Assembly: GCA_963662545.2 (NCBI GenBank) | Contig: CAXXLL010000002.1 | Span: 928,001-992,000 of the forward strand | From: Gammaproteobacteria bacterium | GTDB lineage: Bacteria; Pseudomonadota; Gammaproteobacteria; Ga0077536 | DNA length: 64,000 bases | Direction of reading: 5' to 3' | Part shown: positions 52,408 to 61,375 of the stretch, one piece after another | How positions within the stretch are numbered: the first letter of the stretch is position 1 | Layout of the letters: each line of letters begins with the position of its first letter | The notes under the pieces: generated by a model | The model's database searches: none | Seen by the model: the letters and a program-made list of their open reading frames with translations, nothing else | Told to the model about the DNA's origin: nothing | Program-made: the position numbers and the translations under genes

Positions 52408-52716
52408 TCACCGCTGTTCCGAAGGGATATCTTTCACGCCGGCAACAAATTTTGCCAATTTTTCTTTTTCATACGATAGGTGGACCCGCAGCGTCGAGGC
52501 AGGTTGGTGGGCCAGGCTGAGTCCTTGTCGCCTTTCGGTAGTTGGTCGAACCGGTCTCGGCGTGAAACCGCCGCCGCAGTTCGGACATACGTTATTCAGG
52601 ATAGATTCCACGCATGCCGAGCAAAACGTGCATTCATAACTGCAAATGAGAGCGCCAGTCGAAATTGGAGGAAGATCTTTGTCGCAATATTCACAATTCG
52701 GTCGAAGTTTGAGTAT
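52408..52716 (-). CDS. DUF1272 protein (cassette-like; start codon atypical)
   Basis: LRPNCEYCDKDL..ICSYECTFC..CPNCGGGF. Confidence 0.8.
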   Translation of the reverse strand: MLKLRPNCEYCDKDLPPISTGALICSYECTFCSACVESILNNVCPNCGGGFTPRPVRPTTERRQGLSLAHQPASTLRVHLSYEKEKLAKFVAGVKDIPSEQR

Positions 52717-52742
52717 TAGATTAATCGCTTTTTTGGCCTGTC

Positions 52743-52835
52743 GTATAACATCTGAGTCGCGCAGCGGCATTTTGGCGGCGCGATCATCTTGAATCGAGCC
52801 GCCGTAATGCCGTACGTTTAAAAGAAGGCTTAGGC
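52743..52835 (-). other. Degenerate attC site
   Basis: GTATAAC...CGGCATT-GGCGGC / GCCGCC-AATGCCG hairpin...CTTAGGC. Confidence 0.5.
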
Positions 52836-52975
52836 GACGCCCTTGATTCGACTAAGGGAAGACCTACGCCTTTTCCCATATTGCTAGCGCGCTTGTCGAG
52901 CGGCTCCCCCGCGGGAAACGCCCATCCTCGCGGCGGGATGAACCCGCGCGTCGAAGGATGGGCTGGCGTTAAGCA

Positions 52976-53350
52976 TCAAGCATCATTCATGCAGAAGAAA
53001 TTGAGCTTGTTACCGTCGAGATCGCGGAAATAGCCGATGTAGAAGGCATCGGCGCGCACGCCGGGTGCACCCTCGTCGGTGGCGCCGAGTTCCAATGCCT
53101 TGGCATGCAGGCGATCGACCGCCGTCGGGTTTTCCGCGGCGAGTGCGGTCATCATCCCGTTGCCGATGGTTGCCGGCTTCTCATCGAACGGCTTAATGAC
53201 TACGACCATCGGTTGACCCGGTGCGGTCACCCAGCCGATTAGGCGATCGTTCTCCATTCCGCGCGTCGCGCCAACCTCGCCCAGCAGCGCATCGTAAAAT
53301 TTGCCGGCGCGATCCATATCGTTCGTGCCGAGTGTTATATATGCAATCAT
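52976..53350 (-). CDS. VOC/glyoxalase family protein
   Basis: TLGTND..FYDALL, GATDEGAPG and YFRDLDGNKL motifs. Confidence 0.9.
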   Translation of the reverse strand: MIAYITLGTNDMDRAGKFYDALLGEVGATRGMENDRLIGWVTAPGQPMVVVIKPFDEKPATIGNGMMTALAAENPTAVDRLHAKALELGATDEGAPGVRADAFYIGYFRDLDGNKLNFFCMNDA

Positions 53351-53396
53351 TACTATTTCTCCATTTGGTTATGGTCAATAGAAGCGGTACTTATTG

Positions 53397-53891
53397 TCAG
53401 GCATCAAATTCTCGCCAGTCAGGGAAATCGATTTTCGTTTCTCGCTGTTTTTCGACGAACGCTATGAATTCGGATGGCATCGTTCCCTGTATCGATTGAA
53501 ATACTTTCCAGCCTCCCGGCGTGTTGTATACAGTCGATATGTCGTACTTGATCCAGAGTTCGTGATGAGTATGCAAACCTTCTTCGCTAAGAAGCGTCCA
53601 GACAGATTTATGATTGTTGATGTATTACGCCATCAAAAACAAAAATCTTGTAGCTTCGTCGTCCGTTAATGATTCAGGGGTGGACATGCCCCTCATTAGG
53701 ATGCCCCCTAGCTTTTCGTCTTGGGCGATCTGAGCATTGATGCTATTCCAGCTTTGATCCAAAGTCGTCAACATCGCGAGTTTGTTCTGTTACCGATTCG
53801 CGCGGAGCTCAAACGCCACGAATAGCAATGTAATAACCGTTGCTATAGCAGCAATCAATTCGGCGAGGCTTCCTATTTCACCAATGCTCAT
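53397..53891 (-). pseudogene. Cassette protein pseudogene (paralog of 60720 and 63235)
   Basis: MSIGEIGSLAELIAAIATVITLLFVAFELRANR*...; two in-frame TAA (53790, 53625); TPGGWKVF motif; 165 codons. Confidence 0.75.
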
Positions 53892-53982
53892 TATTGATGT
53901 CTAAAGGCGCCGCTGTTTGACGTCCGGGTTGATCCGGAGGTGAGGTGTATATTTTTTCATTGAGCCCGCCGCGTTGTCTCAA

Positions 53983-54357
53983 TCATAAGGGATTCTTGTT
54001 GCGCCACGTCGGTATAAAAATCACGAATATGCGAAGAACAATGGCGATCAATGGGCACGCCACTAAAATTATGATGCTAAGAAAGACACGAGCGAGGTCA
54101 CTTCCATGCTGGAAACGTTCGTCTCGATCCGCTTGCCATGCTTTGTAGCAGTGTTTATGACCGTCGATTGGGGAAAACGCAAAATCAATAACGGTTTCGA
54201 GTGCTTTCCAATAGAGTTGAGCTCGGCGGGCGTTCACTGAGAAGAATCCTACGCGGGCGGAAATCGTTGCATCGGGGTGTCCGCCCGCAATAGCATTACC
54301 AAGTTGATCAATCGCAATCAGAATTGCGAGTGGCCAATTTTCGTACTGCTGTAACAC
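53983..54357 (-). CDS. Hypothetical protein, 5' end fused to an attC remnant
   Basis: LIAIDQLGNAIAGGHPDATISARVG; the first codons derive from attC arm sequence. Confidence 0.6.
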   Translation of the reverse strand: MLQQYENWPLAILIAIDQLGNAIAGGHPDATISARVGFFSVNARRAQLYWKALETVIDFAFSPIDGHKHCYKAWQADRDERFQHGSDLARVFLSIIILVACPLIAIVLRIFVIFIPTWRNKNPL

Positions 54358-54381
54358 GTCCGGTTGCTCTACAAGTTAGGC
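54348..54381 (-). other. Half attC (R'' arm only)
   Basis: GCTGTAACACGTCCGGTTG...GTTAGGC matches the arm of the intact attCs. Confidence 0.7.
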
Positions 54382-54424
54382 GGGCGTTGCATTTCAAACG
54401 TGCACTCAGCCGGCGTTCGTGTGC

Positions 54425-55165
54425 CTAAATACTCATAACGCCACGTTGTGGCTCAGGCCTGAAAAACGTCTTTGGTGCTATCGGGGCGGCAAGCTCCCGA
54501 AGCGCGTCCCGTTGTTTCGGAATTGGAGTACGAATTGAGATATCTTCGAATTCACGAAGCTTTGTAAAGCTTGGAAGATCCAATAGTCTGTTAACGAACG
54601 AAGCTGTTATTGGAAATTTGAACATATCCAGTTTTGTTCTGGCCAATGAGATATTGCGAAAAAACGAGGCAATCGCAATATCCGCTAAGGAAATCTCACC
54701 AAACAGAAAGCCGTGCTCCGGCAGCACGGATTCCAAATAGGTGAGTATTCTGGGGATATCTACTTCTAGCGTAGTCTTTAGTACGGTTGGGTCCTTTTCT
54801 TCGCCCCAAACAGATCGCCTTATGACGAGTTGATTAAAATACCGCCAAATAAAGACCTCGCCGATACGAGAATCTGCGTATTCTTCTAGCCACCTGGCTT
54901 TTGCACGCATTGTCGGGTCATTTGGATATAACGACGGCTCCGGATATCTATCTTCAAGGTACTCGCAAATGACCGTCGAATCCGGAATTGCCAATTCTCC
55001 ATCAATCAGCACGGGTATGCGCCGCACGGGGCTAAGCTTTGTGAATTCGTCATCCCCGTAAAAGGGCACGATCGGATCAATGTCGTAAGGCACGCCCTTA
55101 AGTTCCAAGCACACCAGTACCTTTCGAACATAAGGGGATAGATAAGAACCGATTATCGTCGCCAT
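54425..55165 (-). CDS. Glutathione S-transferase (cassette)
   Basis: SPYVRKV, SPVRRIP, DSTVICEYL and SLADIA motifs. Confidence 0.9.
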   Translation of the reverse strand: MATIIGSYLSPYVRKVLVCLELKGVPYDIDPIVPFYGDDEFTKLSPVRRIPVLIDGELAIPDSTVICEYLEDRYPEPSLYPNDPTMRAKARWLEEYADSRIGEVFIWRYFNQLVIRRSVWGEEKDPTVLKTTLEVDIPRILTYLESVLPEHGFLFGEISLADIAIASFFRNISLARTKLDMFKFPITASFVNRLLDLPSFTKLREFEDISIRTPIPKQRDALRELAAPIAPKTFFRPEPQRGVMSI

Positions 55166-55239
55166 TTGGAATTCCAGTCGTCTGGATCGTTAAGTGGATG
55201 TTGCACTTCTCTCGGATATTTACGTGAATGTTTCAAGTG

Positions 55240-55428
55240 TCATTTTGGTTCATCTACGCCTAGATCCCGAAATATCTTCCGAGCCAAATGATCGTTGATT
55301 TCTCGATGGCGTGGAACCGCGGAACGCCTATTGTGGGAGGGATTGTGCTACCAGGAATGGCGACCGCCTTCCCGTAGCAATTCGCAACCAGATGATTCGA
55401 GGTGTCGAATCAGATTGCGGCGCTTCAT
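55240..55428 (-). pseudogene. hicA: HicA toxin with in-frame TAG
   Basis: MKRRNLIRHLE..REGGRHSW*HNP..VPRHREI; TAG at 55348-50. Confidence 0.85.
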
Positions 55429-55637
55429 ACGCCGATCTCAAGTTCCTCGTAGTCGTCCCCTGCGGCTGTAATCGCGTCCGAGCGATTAAATTCCAAAGCT
55501 TCGCGCAGGGTTACCTTCAACGACTTCACCAATTCCTCTCGAGTCGTTTCCTGGCAATTGACTCCGGGCACTTCTTGAACCCAGCCGATCCACCATCCGG
55601 CATCTTCCTTAATGACTGCTGTGTAGCTCGTATTCAT
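55425..55637 (-). CDS. hicB: HicB family antitoxin
   Basis: WWIGWVQEVPGVNCQETTREEL. Confidence 0.85.
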   Translation of the reverse strand: MNTSYTAVIKEDAGWWIGWVQEVPGVNCQETTREELVKSLKVTLREALEFNRSDAITAAGDDYEELEIGV

Positions 55638-55667
55638 CCCAATAGTCTAGCTCACGATTCTTTTGTC

Positions 55668-55775
55668 ACCTAACGTTGGGATAACCTGCAGATTACAGCG
55701 CACTTTGGAGATGTGAGAATACCGGCACGGCGGAAAAGTGCGCTGTATGCTGGCAGGTTGATCCCGTTGTTAGGT
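55668..55775 (-). other. attC site
   Basis: ACCTAAC...GTTAGGT, imperfect palindrome with GGATAACC/GGTTGATCC extrahelical G. Confidence 0.88.
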
Positions 55776-55835
55776 GTATTTTTGATATTCTCTATTTCCT
55801 CTTAGTAACGATCGAAAGCTACGCCGCACAAATTA

Positions 55836-56072
55836 TCAATCCTCTGGTAAGGCGTCGAATTCCTTTTTTTTATTCTCGAACCATTCATTCATCGCGTCGG
55901 GCTTTTGCATAAGGTCTCGCATTTCCTTCATCGCTTTCAGATGGGCTTCATCTTCGCGTTCATACATTTCCATTCCATGTTGTTTGCTCATTTCGGCGAT
56001 TTCGTCGTAAGAGTTGGCTTGAAATTCCGTTTCGCATGCTCCGCCTAGTTGCCTGCAATTCATTGTTTTCAT
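55836..56072 (-). CDS. DUF1059-like small protein (cassette)
   Basis: MKTMNCRQLGGAC...SKQHGMEM. Confidence 0.75.
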   Translation of the reverse strand: MKTMNCRQLGGACETEFQANSYDEIAEMSKQHGMEMYEREDEAHLKAMKEMRDLMQKPDAMNEWFENKKKEFDALPED

Positions 56073-56085
56073 TCTTCTGCCTCCT

Positions 56086-56172
56086 TAAGTTCAGCCGCGC
56101 TTGACGGCGGGTGACCGGAGCGGAAGCGCAGGGAGCTCGCGGTCAAGCGTCGGCTGCAACTTTTTGTTCGGT
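56086..56172 (-). other. Divergent attC site (R' degenerate)
   Basis: Minus strand ACCGAAC..AAGTTGCAGCCGACGCTTGAC..GTCAAGCGCGGCTGAACTT hairpin. Confidence 0.7.
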
Positions 56173-56196
56173 GAATGTTGCATTTCAGTCGTGAAT

Positions 56197-56472
56197 TCAG
56201 GTGCGTTTTTCGACGAGTTTGCCGGCTACATATTTGTGAAGCACGCTCGCCACAAGAGTTTGGTACGGAATGCCTTCTTGTAGAGCACGAGCTTGCAAAG
56301 CTCGGAGATCCCTCGATGAGAGGTGAATATTTATCCGCGTGTCTTTCTTGAACGTGGCTTGGGCATACTCTTTATGACATTCGATTTCCTTGCCGCTGCC
56401 TTTTGATTTTCTGAGCTTTCCTGCATCAAAAGCGTTAAGGATTTCCTTCTCTTTTTTATCGAGCTTACTCAT
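56197..56472 (-). CDS. CopG/RHH-type antitoxin
   Basis: KKDTRINIHLS..ALQEGIPYQTLVASVLHKY. Confidence 0.85.
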   Translation of the reverse strand: MSKLDKKEKEILNAFDAGKLRKSKGSGKEIECHKEYAQATFKKDTRINIHLSSRDLRALQARALQEGIPYQTLVASVLHKYVAGKLVEKRT

Positions 56473-56650
56473 CTGAATTCCCAACATATTGTTTCGTTGC
56501 TTTACGACTCGGAATAATTGTCTTTAGGAAGATCTCATCTTCGTCTTCGATGAACGGAACCAGATACGCGTAGTCTTCGATAATTACAACGGAGATCTTC
56601 TGCCCCGGGTAGCTTCGCTGATTCGGGTGATTGAGGATCGCGACTTCGTT
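56465..56650 (-). pseudogene. BrnT-like toxin, 5'-truncated
   Basis: HPNQRSYPGQ...YAYLVPF..IFLKTIIPSRKATK; N-terminus replaced by a half attC. Confidence 0.75.
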
Positions 56651-56654
56651 ACAA

Positions 56655-56696
56655 AAAGCGAGCCTGTAAGCGGTCAGGTTGATCCGCTGGTTAGGT
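56655..56696 (-). other. Half attC (deletion removed the R' arm)
   Basis: CTGTAAGCGGTCAGGTTGATCCGCTGGTTAGGT. Confidence 0.7.
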
Positions 56697-57080
56697 GTTC
56701 GTATCGCCATGGGTACGCACATAAGAAAAATACCAGAGAGCAGCGAGAAAAATGGCGACCATCGACAGAGTAGTTCCCCATATCATGGCGGGCATAAACC
56801 AAGCAGGGTCCGCTAATGCCTTATGCCATTTTAAACCGGAGCCCATTTGATCGCGAATGGCGGCGACGTTCGCAAGGTTTCGGTTTGTCCCAGTAATTAT
56901 AACTACGGATGAAATTGCATAGATCCAAACTACCGCTCGTGCTAATCCACTAGGAAGCGATTTTCCTGCAAAGTACCCGACAGCCAGTAGCGCCGAAGTT
57001 ACTGATATGAAATTCATAAAGTACGTCATGACAGCGCTCGTCTGCGCCAAAAACAGATCAGCTAACTCGTAATCACTCAT
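56691..57080 (-). CDS. Hypothetical membrane protein (cassette)
   Basis: Three hydrophobic helices; stop lies within ACCTAAC. Confidence 0.75.
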   Translation of the reverse strand: MSDYELADLFLAQTSAVMTYFMNFISVTSALLAVGYFAGKSLPSGLARAVVWIYAISSVVIITGTNRNLANVAAIRDQMGSGLKWHKALADPAWFMPAMIWGTTLSMVAIFLAALWYFSYVRTHGDTNT

Positions 57081-57094
57081 ACTTTTACTTGAAC

Positions 57095-57354
57095 ACCTAA
57101 CGAGGTTGTAGGAAAAGCCCCACAGACTGAAAATGTGCCAAATTCGGGGGTCTCGATACCATTACCCTAACCGAGATCGTCGCTTACAGAGCGTCGGACG
57201 AGGCCGAATTTCTGAGCGATTATTCGCAACGACTTATCCTACAACCTCAACGCTAGGATAACCGGCGTGTTACAGCAGGCTCCTTTGTGGCGAAAATGCG
57301 CAGGCGCCCCAAAGGAGCCTGCTGTAACACGTCCGGTTGATCCACTGGTTAGGT
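57095..57354 (-). other. attC site interrupted by a MITE
   Basis: ACCTAAC[147 bp]AACGCTAGGATAACC...GTTAGGT. Confidence 0.85.
57102..57248. mobile_element. MITE-like element, 147 bp
   Basis: TIRs GAGGTTGTAGGAAAAG / CTTATCCTACAACCTC; AAC on both flanks. Confidence 0.8.
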
Positions 57355-57355
57355 T

Positions 57356-57649
57356 TCATTTTTGAGGCTTCCGCCAGTAGTTCGGCTCAAGATGAAGGTG
57401 AGCAACGGCAACAATGAGAATTTCTTCGTCAGTTACTTCGTAGATTAACCCGTATTTGAATCGGCGGGTCCTGCACCGGCGGGTGTTTTCGCTGAGCGGC
57501 GCCTAAGCAATCGGGTGTCGTTCTATCCGTTTTGTCGTAGCGCGTACTTCTTCTAGAAACTCTTGACCGAGACCGTCACGCTGATCATTTAGGTACTCAA
57601 TGGCATCTCGGAGTTCTGCGCGAGCCGGATCTAGAAAGCGAACTTTCAA
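57356..57649 (-). pseudogene. RelE/ParE toxin with in-frame TAG
   Basis: MKVRFLDPARAELRDAIEY..GLGQEF..HPIA*APL..RFKYGLIY..IVAVAH; TAG at 57503-05. Confidence 0.85.
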
Positions 57650-57867
57650 GCGCCTTCCAGATTCGCAAACACTTCATCCGACGAATACGCTTGGATTTCG
57701 CCTGCACGGTAAGCGCGGAGTCGATCTTCCGCCTCCTTCGCCCACAATGCGTCAATGTTCGGGGCAGGTTTGTCGAAGCTGTTCAACAATTCCTCAACCA
57801 GGCCGACGCGCTCGTTAGGCGAAAGACCAAGCGCTTCTCGATAAAGCTTTTTTGCATTCTCAGTCAC
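57646..57867 (-). CDS. Addiction-module antitoxin
   Basis: ALGLSPNERVGLVEELLNSFD..WAKEAEDR. Confidence 0.85.
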   Translation of the reverse strand: MTENAKKLYREALGLSPNERVGLVEELLNSFDKPAPNIDALWAKEAEDRLRAYRAGEIQAYSSDEVFANLEGA

Positions 57868-58013
57868 AGGATTTCTCTTCCACGTCCGATAATATAAGTA
57901 TAGACCGGAGTCGAAATGAGACCTAACAGTTAATTAGGGAGTGTTGCACTTCACTTGGAAATCTAAGTGTCTCTACTTCGCAGCAAGGACCTTCGGACAG
58001 GGATACGACGCTC

Positions 58014-58604
58014 TCAGACAGATGCATTCTTAGTTTTGACTATCTGTGTTCCCATTAAACGATCGATGAGCCGAACAACCGGTTTGCGTAAAAACACGCC
58101 CACGATAATAGGCCCGACAAACGCGCCAAGCAGAAACCACAGGTTCGATCGAGCGTATTTGAGCGGATATATTTCGTTATTACGTACTCGATATTCAGAA
58201 AGCGATGACCAAGGCGTGTCTCCAACCATAAATACCTGGACGATCTGGCTTTCGTCGCTTTCAGGGAGTACTGAGATGGTCGCACTAGTCTCTCCTCGAC
58301 TCCAATTGCGGGAGGGCGGGTGCTCAGGCAATAAATACTGCACATTGCGGAAGTTCTCTTCGGCCAAATCGGCTCCATATCGATATACATGCGTATCGGA
58401 AGCTTCCTCACCATATTCGGCTATGAATGCGATGTACATCTGGGACGTTTCGTTCGGTTCAACGTCATCGAGGAACCACTTGGCGCTACTATAGTACGCC
58501 GTCCCCGGGCCTACACACGAGCCGATAAACAGCGCGGATAGCACGACGAGTTTTAGGCAGCCGGCAACGAATCGCTTTACGAACCCAATGACTTCTTCCG
58601 ACAT
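58014..58604 (-). CDS. Hypothetical membrane-anchored protein (cassette)
   Basis: N- and C-terminal TM segments; lies between array boundaries. Confidence 0.7.
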   Translation of the reverse strand: MSEEVIGFVKRFVAGCLKLVVLSALFIGSCVGPGTAYYSSAKWFLDDVEPNETSQMYIAFIAEYGEEASDTHVYRYGADLAEENFRNVQYLLPEHPPSRNWSRGETSATISVLPESDESQIVQVFMVGDTPWSSLSEYRVRNNEIYPLKYARSNLWFLLGAFVGPIIVGVFLRKPVVRLIDRLMGTQIVKTKNASV

Positions 58605-58656
58605 TTCTTGCTTCTCAATCACTATGTGCGTATCTGAGAGTTTGTCTGCCGGACAC

Positions 58657-59919
58657 TGGAGTTACCCAAGAACCGTAGACACGTTCATGGGATTAGGTTG
58701 TAACTCGTAGTTATCGGGGCTGAGATAGCCGAGCGCCGAGTGCCGGCGTTGGCGGTTGTAGAAGATCTCGATGTATTCAAACAGGCCGGCACGGAGTTCA
58801 TCGACCGTGCGGTAGTTCTCCGGATAGATGAGTTCGACCTTCAGGCGGCTGAAGAAGGACTCCATGACGGCGTTGTCCCAGCAGTTCCCCTTGCGGCTCA
58901 TACTCGGTTGAATACCGGAGTCCGTCAATAGTTGTTGGTATTCGTTGCCGCGGTACTGCACGCCACGGTCGGAGTGCAGCAGCAGCCCTTCAGAGATATC
59001 CCGGCGAGACACCGCCATCGTCAGTGCATCGACGATGAGCGTTTCGCGCATGTGGGGCTCAAGTGTCCAGCCGACAATCTTGCGCGAATACAGGTCCAGC
59101 ACCGCAGCGAGATAAGCCCAGGTGCGACCGACCTTGATATAGGTAATGTCAGAGACCCATTTGCGATTCGGCCCGTCGGTGGTGAAGTTCCGGTCGAGCA
59201 GGTTGTCTTTGACCTGCGTCATCGATTCGACCCGCTTCTCGTAGCGGAAGCCTTTGCCGTTCAAGGCCCGCAACTGCAGCGAACGCAGCAATTTGGCCAC
59301 ATAATTTTTGCTGCACGGCACACCGTCTTCAACCAATTCCTTCGTCAGACGCGGCGCCCCATAACGCCGTTTGAAGCGGTAATACAGATAGCTCAGTACC
59401 TGCCGCATCTGCTCACGTCGCCTGGCCTGCTCACTCAGCGGCCGCTTCAGCCAGGCATAAAAGCCCGACCGCGACACCTCTAACACCCGACACATCAGCG
59501 TCACCGGATAGGCACCCCGGTTCTCTGCGATTAAGGCGTACTTCACTTGTCGGGGTTGGCAAAGTACGCCGTCGCTTTTTTTAGGAAATCTCGCTCCTGC
59601 TCGAGCTCCGCTACCTTCCTCTTCAGGCGACGGATCTCGGTTTTCTCTTCTTTCGAATAATCTGTGCCGTCCGCCAGCTTGAACTGCTTGTTCGACAGAT
59701 TGTTGAACTGGGCGCGCCAGTTGTAGATCTGACCGGGATGGAGCCCGAGTTCTTTCGCCACCTCGGTCGCCGTACGACCGGGTTGATCAGCTAGGCGAAC
59801 CGCTTCTTGACGGAACGATTCCGGATACGACTGCGTTTTCTTCTTTCTCGGCATCGTGACACTTCCAATTGCATCTTAGTACGATGCATTAGGGTGTCTA
59901 CTTTTCGTGGGTAACTCGG
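58657..59919 (-). mobile_element. IS3 family element (orfA 59543-59854, orfB 58662-59546)
   Basis: TIRs TGGAGTTACCC / GGGTAACTCGG; WVSDITY, HSDRG and MESFF motifs; A7G slippery site. Confidence 0.92.
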
Positions 59920-59921
59920 GA

Positions 59922-60031
59922 ACCTAACGCAAAGTTAACCGGCGTGTTACAGCCAGCTCCTTTGGGGCGAAAATGCGGAGCCGCCCCAAAGGAGCTGGCT
60001 GTAACACGTCCGGTTCAACGCCTTGTTAGAG
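59922..60031 (-). other. attC site
   Basis: ACCTAAC...GTTAGAG with long internal hairpin. Confidence 0.9.
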
Positions 60032-60263
60032 GGCGCTTATATCGCTCGACGTACGAATCGAGAAGACGCCGAATCATTTTCTGATAAGGCGTGTTGCGTC
60101 TCTCGGCCTCGCCTTTGAAGAAATCGACGCTCGATTTACTTAACGAGATCGTGACCTTAACGGTCTCATCTCGGAAAGCAAGTTCGTCTGGCGAGGGCAA
60201 GAAGTCCTCGATGACTTCGATGTCCCCTATAGGTTCATCGGTGTACTTTATTTTCGCGCTCAT
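60015..60263 (-). CDS. BrnA/CopG-like antitoxin
   Basis: DFLPSPDEL..VKVTISLSKSSVDFFK..PYQKMIRRLLD. Confidence 0.85.
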   Translation of the reverse strand: MSAKIKYTDEPIGDIEVIEDFLPSPDELAFRDETVKVTISLSKSSVDFFKGEAERRNTPYQKMIRRLLDSYVERYKRPLTRR

Positions 60264-60528
60264 AGACTCTCTTACCTTTTCTCCAATATCCGGCGCCAAA
60301 TATTCGGATTACGTTTCGGCGATAGGTGAACCTAACCGTCAAAATCCCTTCACCGGCCTCGCCGAAACAGTAATAACGCTCTTCGGTTTCGCTGCTATGC
60401 GCTAAATCCTTGGCGATGACTCGTTTCGGATCGGCGAATGCGTATTGAGCTTCGGCAAAGAAAATACGGTGTTTCGCTTGATTCTCGGCGTCCTTTTCCG
60501 AGTCCCACTCAAAGCTTTCCTTGCTCAT
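60235..60528 (-). CDS. brnT: BrnT family toxin
   Basis: FEWDSEKDAENQAKHRI..FADP..HSSETEERY..IRIFGA. Confidence 0.88.
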   Translation of the reverse strand: MSKESFEWDSEKDAENQAKHRIFFAEAQYAFADPKRVIAKDLAHSSETEERYYCFGEAGEGILTVRFTYRRNVIRIFGAGYWRKGKRVYERENKVHR

Positions 60529-60599
60529 AGGGTAAGTATAGAACTGATATGGCTATATCGCCATATGAATATGTGGCGCAGAGATGTCTGGTTTCAGCC

Positions 60600-60709
60600 C
60601 TCTAACGCTAGGATAACCTGCGCGTTACAGCGCGCTTCTTTGGAGCGAAAATGCGAAGCCGTTTCAAAGAAGCGCGCTGTAACACGTCAGGTTGATCCTT
60701 TTGTTAGGC
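60600..60709 (-). other. attC site
   Basis: CTCTAAC...GTTAGGC; R boxes are complementary to those of neighbouring attCs. Confidence 0.92.
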
Positions 60710-60719
60710 GGCGCGTACA

Positions 60720-61238
60720 TTAATCTTTTCGTGTGTCCAGAATAGGCATCATATCGATCAGCGAAGGTAGGTCTGGTTCTTCACGAAGATGCCTCTCCAA
60801 TTCGAGCCCAACTTCCTTATCTACTACTTGGATTACTTGAGGCCAGACTTTTCTTCCACCGGGGGTCCTTATAAAGGCTCCCACATATGCCAGCCATGTA
60901 GTGTAGTCCACCTCACTCAATAACCCTTGTTTATGCAAGCTTAGTACGTTCTGTAGTTGTACGACATGCTCTATGAGTAGAAATGTAAATCGTGTCTTTT
61001 CTATCCGATCGAGTTCATCGAAGGATGACAGTCCGCGAGCGTGTACATCAGCCACTTCGCTATTTGTTATCGTAGGATTAACGATACGGTCTCGCGCCCC
61101 GTCCAGCATATTTTGTACCGAAGCCGCTTGAGTAGCACGAGTATTTCCCCGTACTTGAATGGCCAGATACACAACGGATATGACGACTGCTACAGCACTG
61201 ATAATTTCGCCAATTGCCGCCGCTGAATCCAAATTCAT
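60720..61238 (-). CDS. Hypothetical cassette protein, N-terminal TM family
   Basis: AIGEIISAVAVVISVVYLAIQVRGNT...TPGGRKVW. Confidence 0.8.
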   Translation of the reverse strand: MNLDSAAAIGEIISAVAVVISVVYLAIQVRGNTRATQAASVQNMLDGARDRIVNPTITNSEVADVHARGLSSFDELDRIEKTRFTFLLIEHVVQLQNVLSLHKQGLLSEVDYTTWLAYVGAFIRTPGGRKVWPQVIQVVDKEVGLELERHLREEPDLPSLIDMMPILDTRKD

Positions 61239-61256
61239 TCCGTGTCTTCCCGTGCC

Positions 61257-61366
61257 GCCTAACGCCAGGATAACCTGCGTGTTACAGCGCGCTTCTTTCG
61301 GGCGAAAATGCGTAGCCGACCTAAAGAAGCGCGCTGTAACACGTCAGGTTGATCCGTTTGTTAGGT
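61257..61366 (-). other. attC site
   Basis: GCCTAAC...GTTAGGT, near-identical to the 60600 site. Confidence 0.92.
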
Positions 61367-61375
61367 GAATGTTGC

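Noticed and set aside
54382-61375. attC-adjacent TTGCA motif as a sigma54 promoter
   Set aside because: GG-to-GC spacing is 8 nt rather than the required 10 in the copies checked; the motif is kept as unexplained
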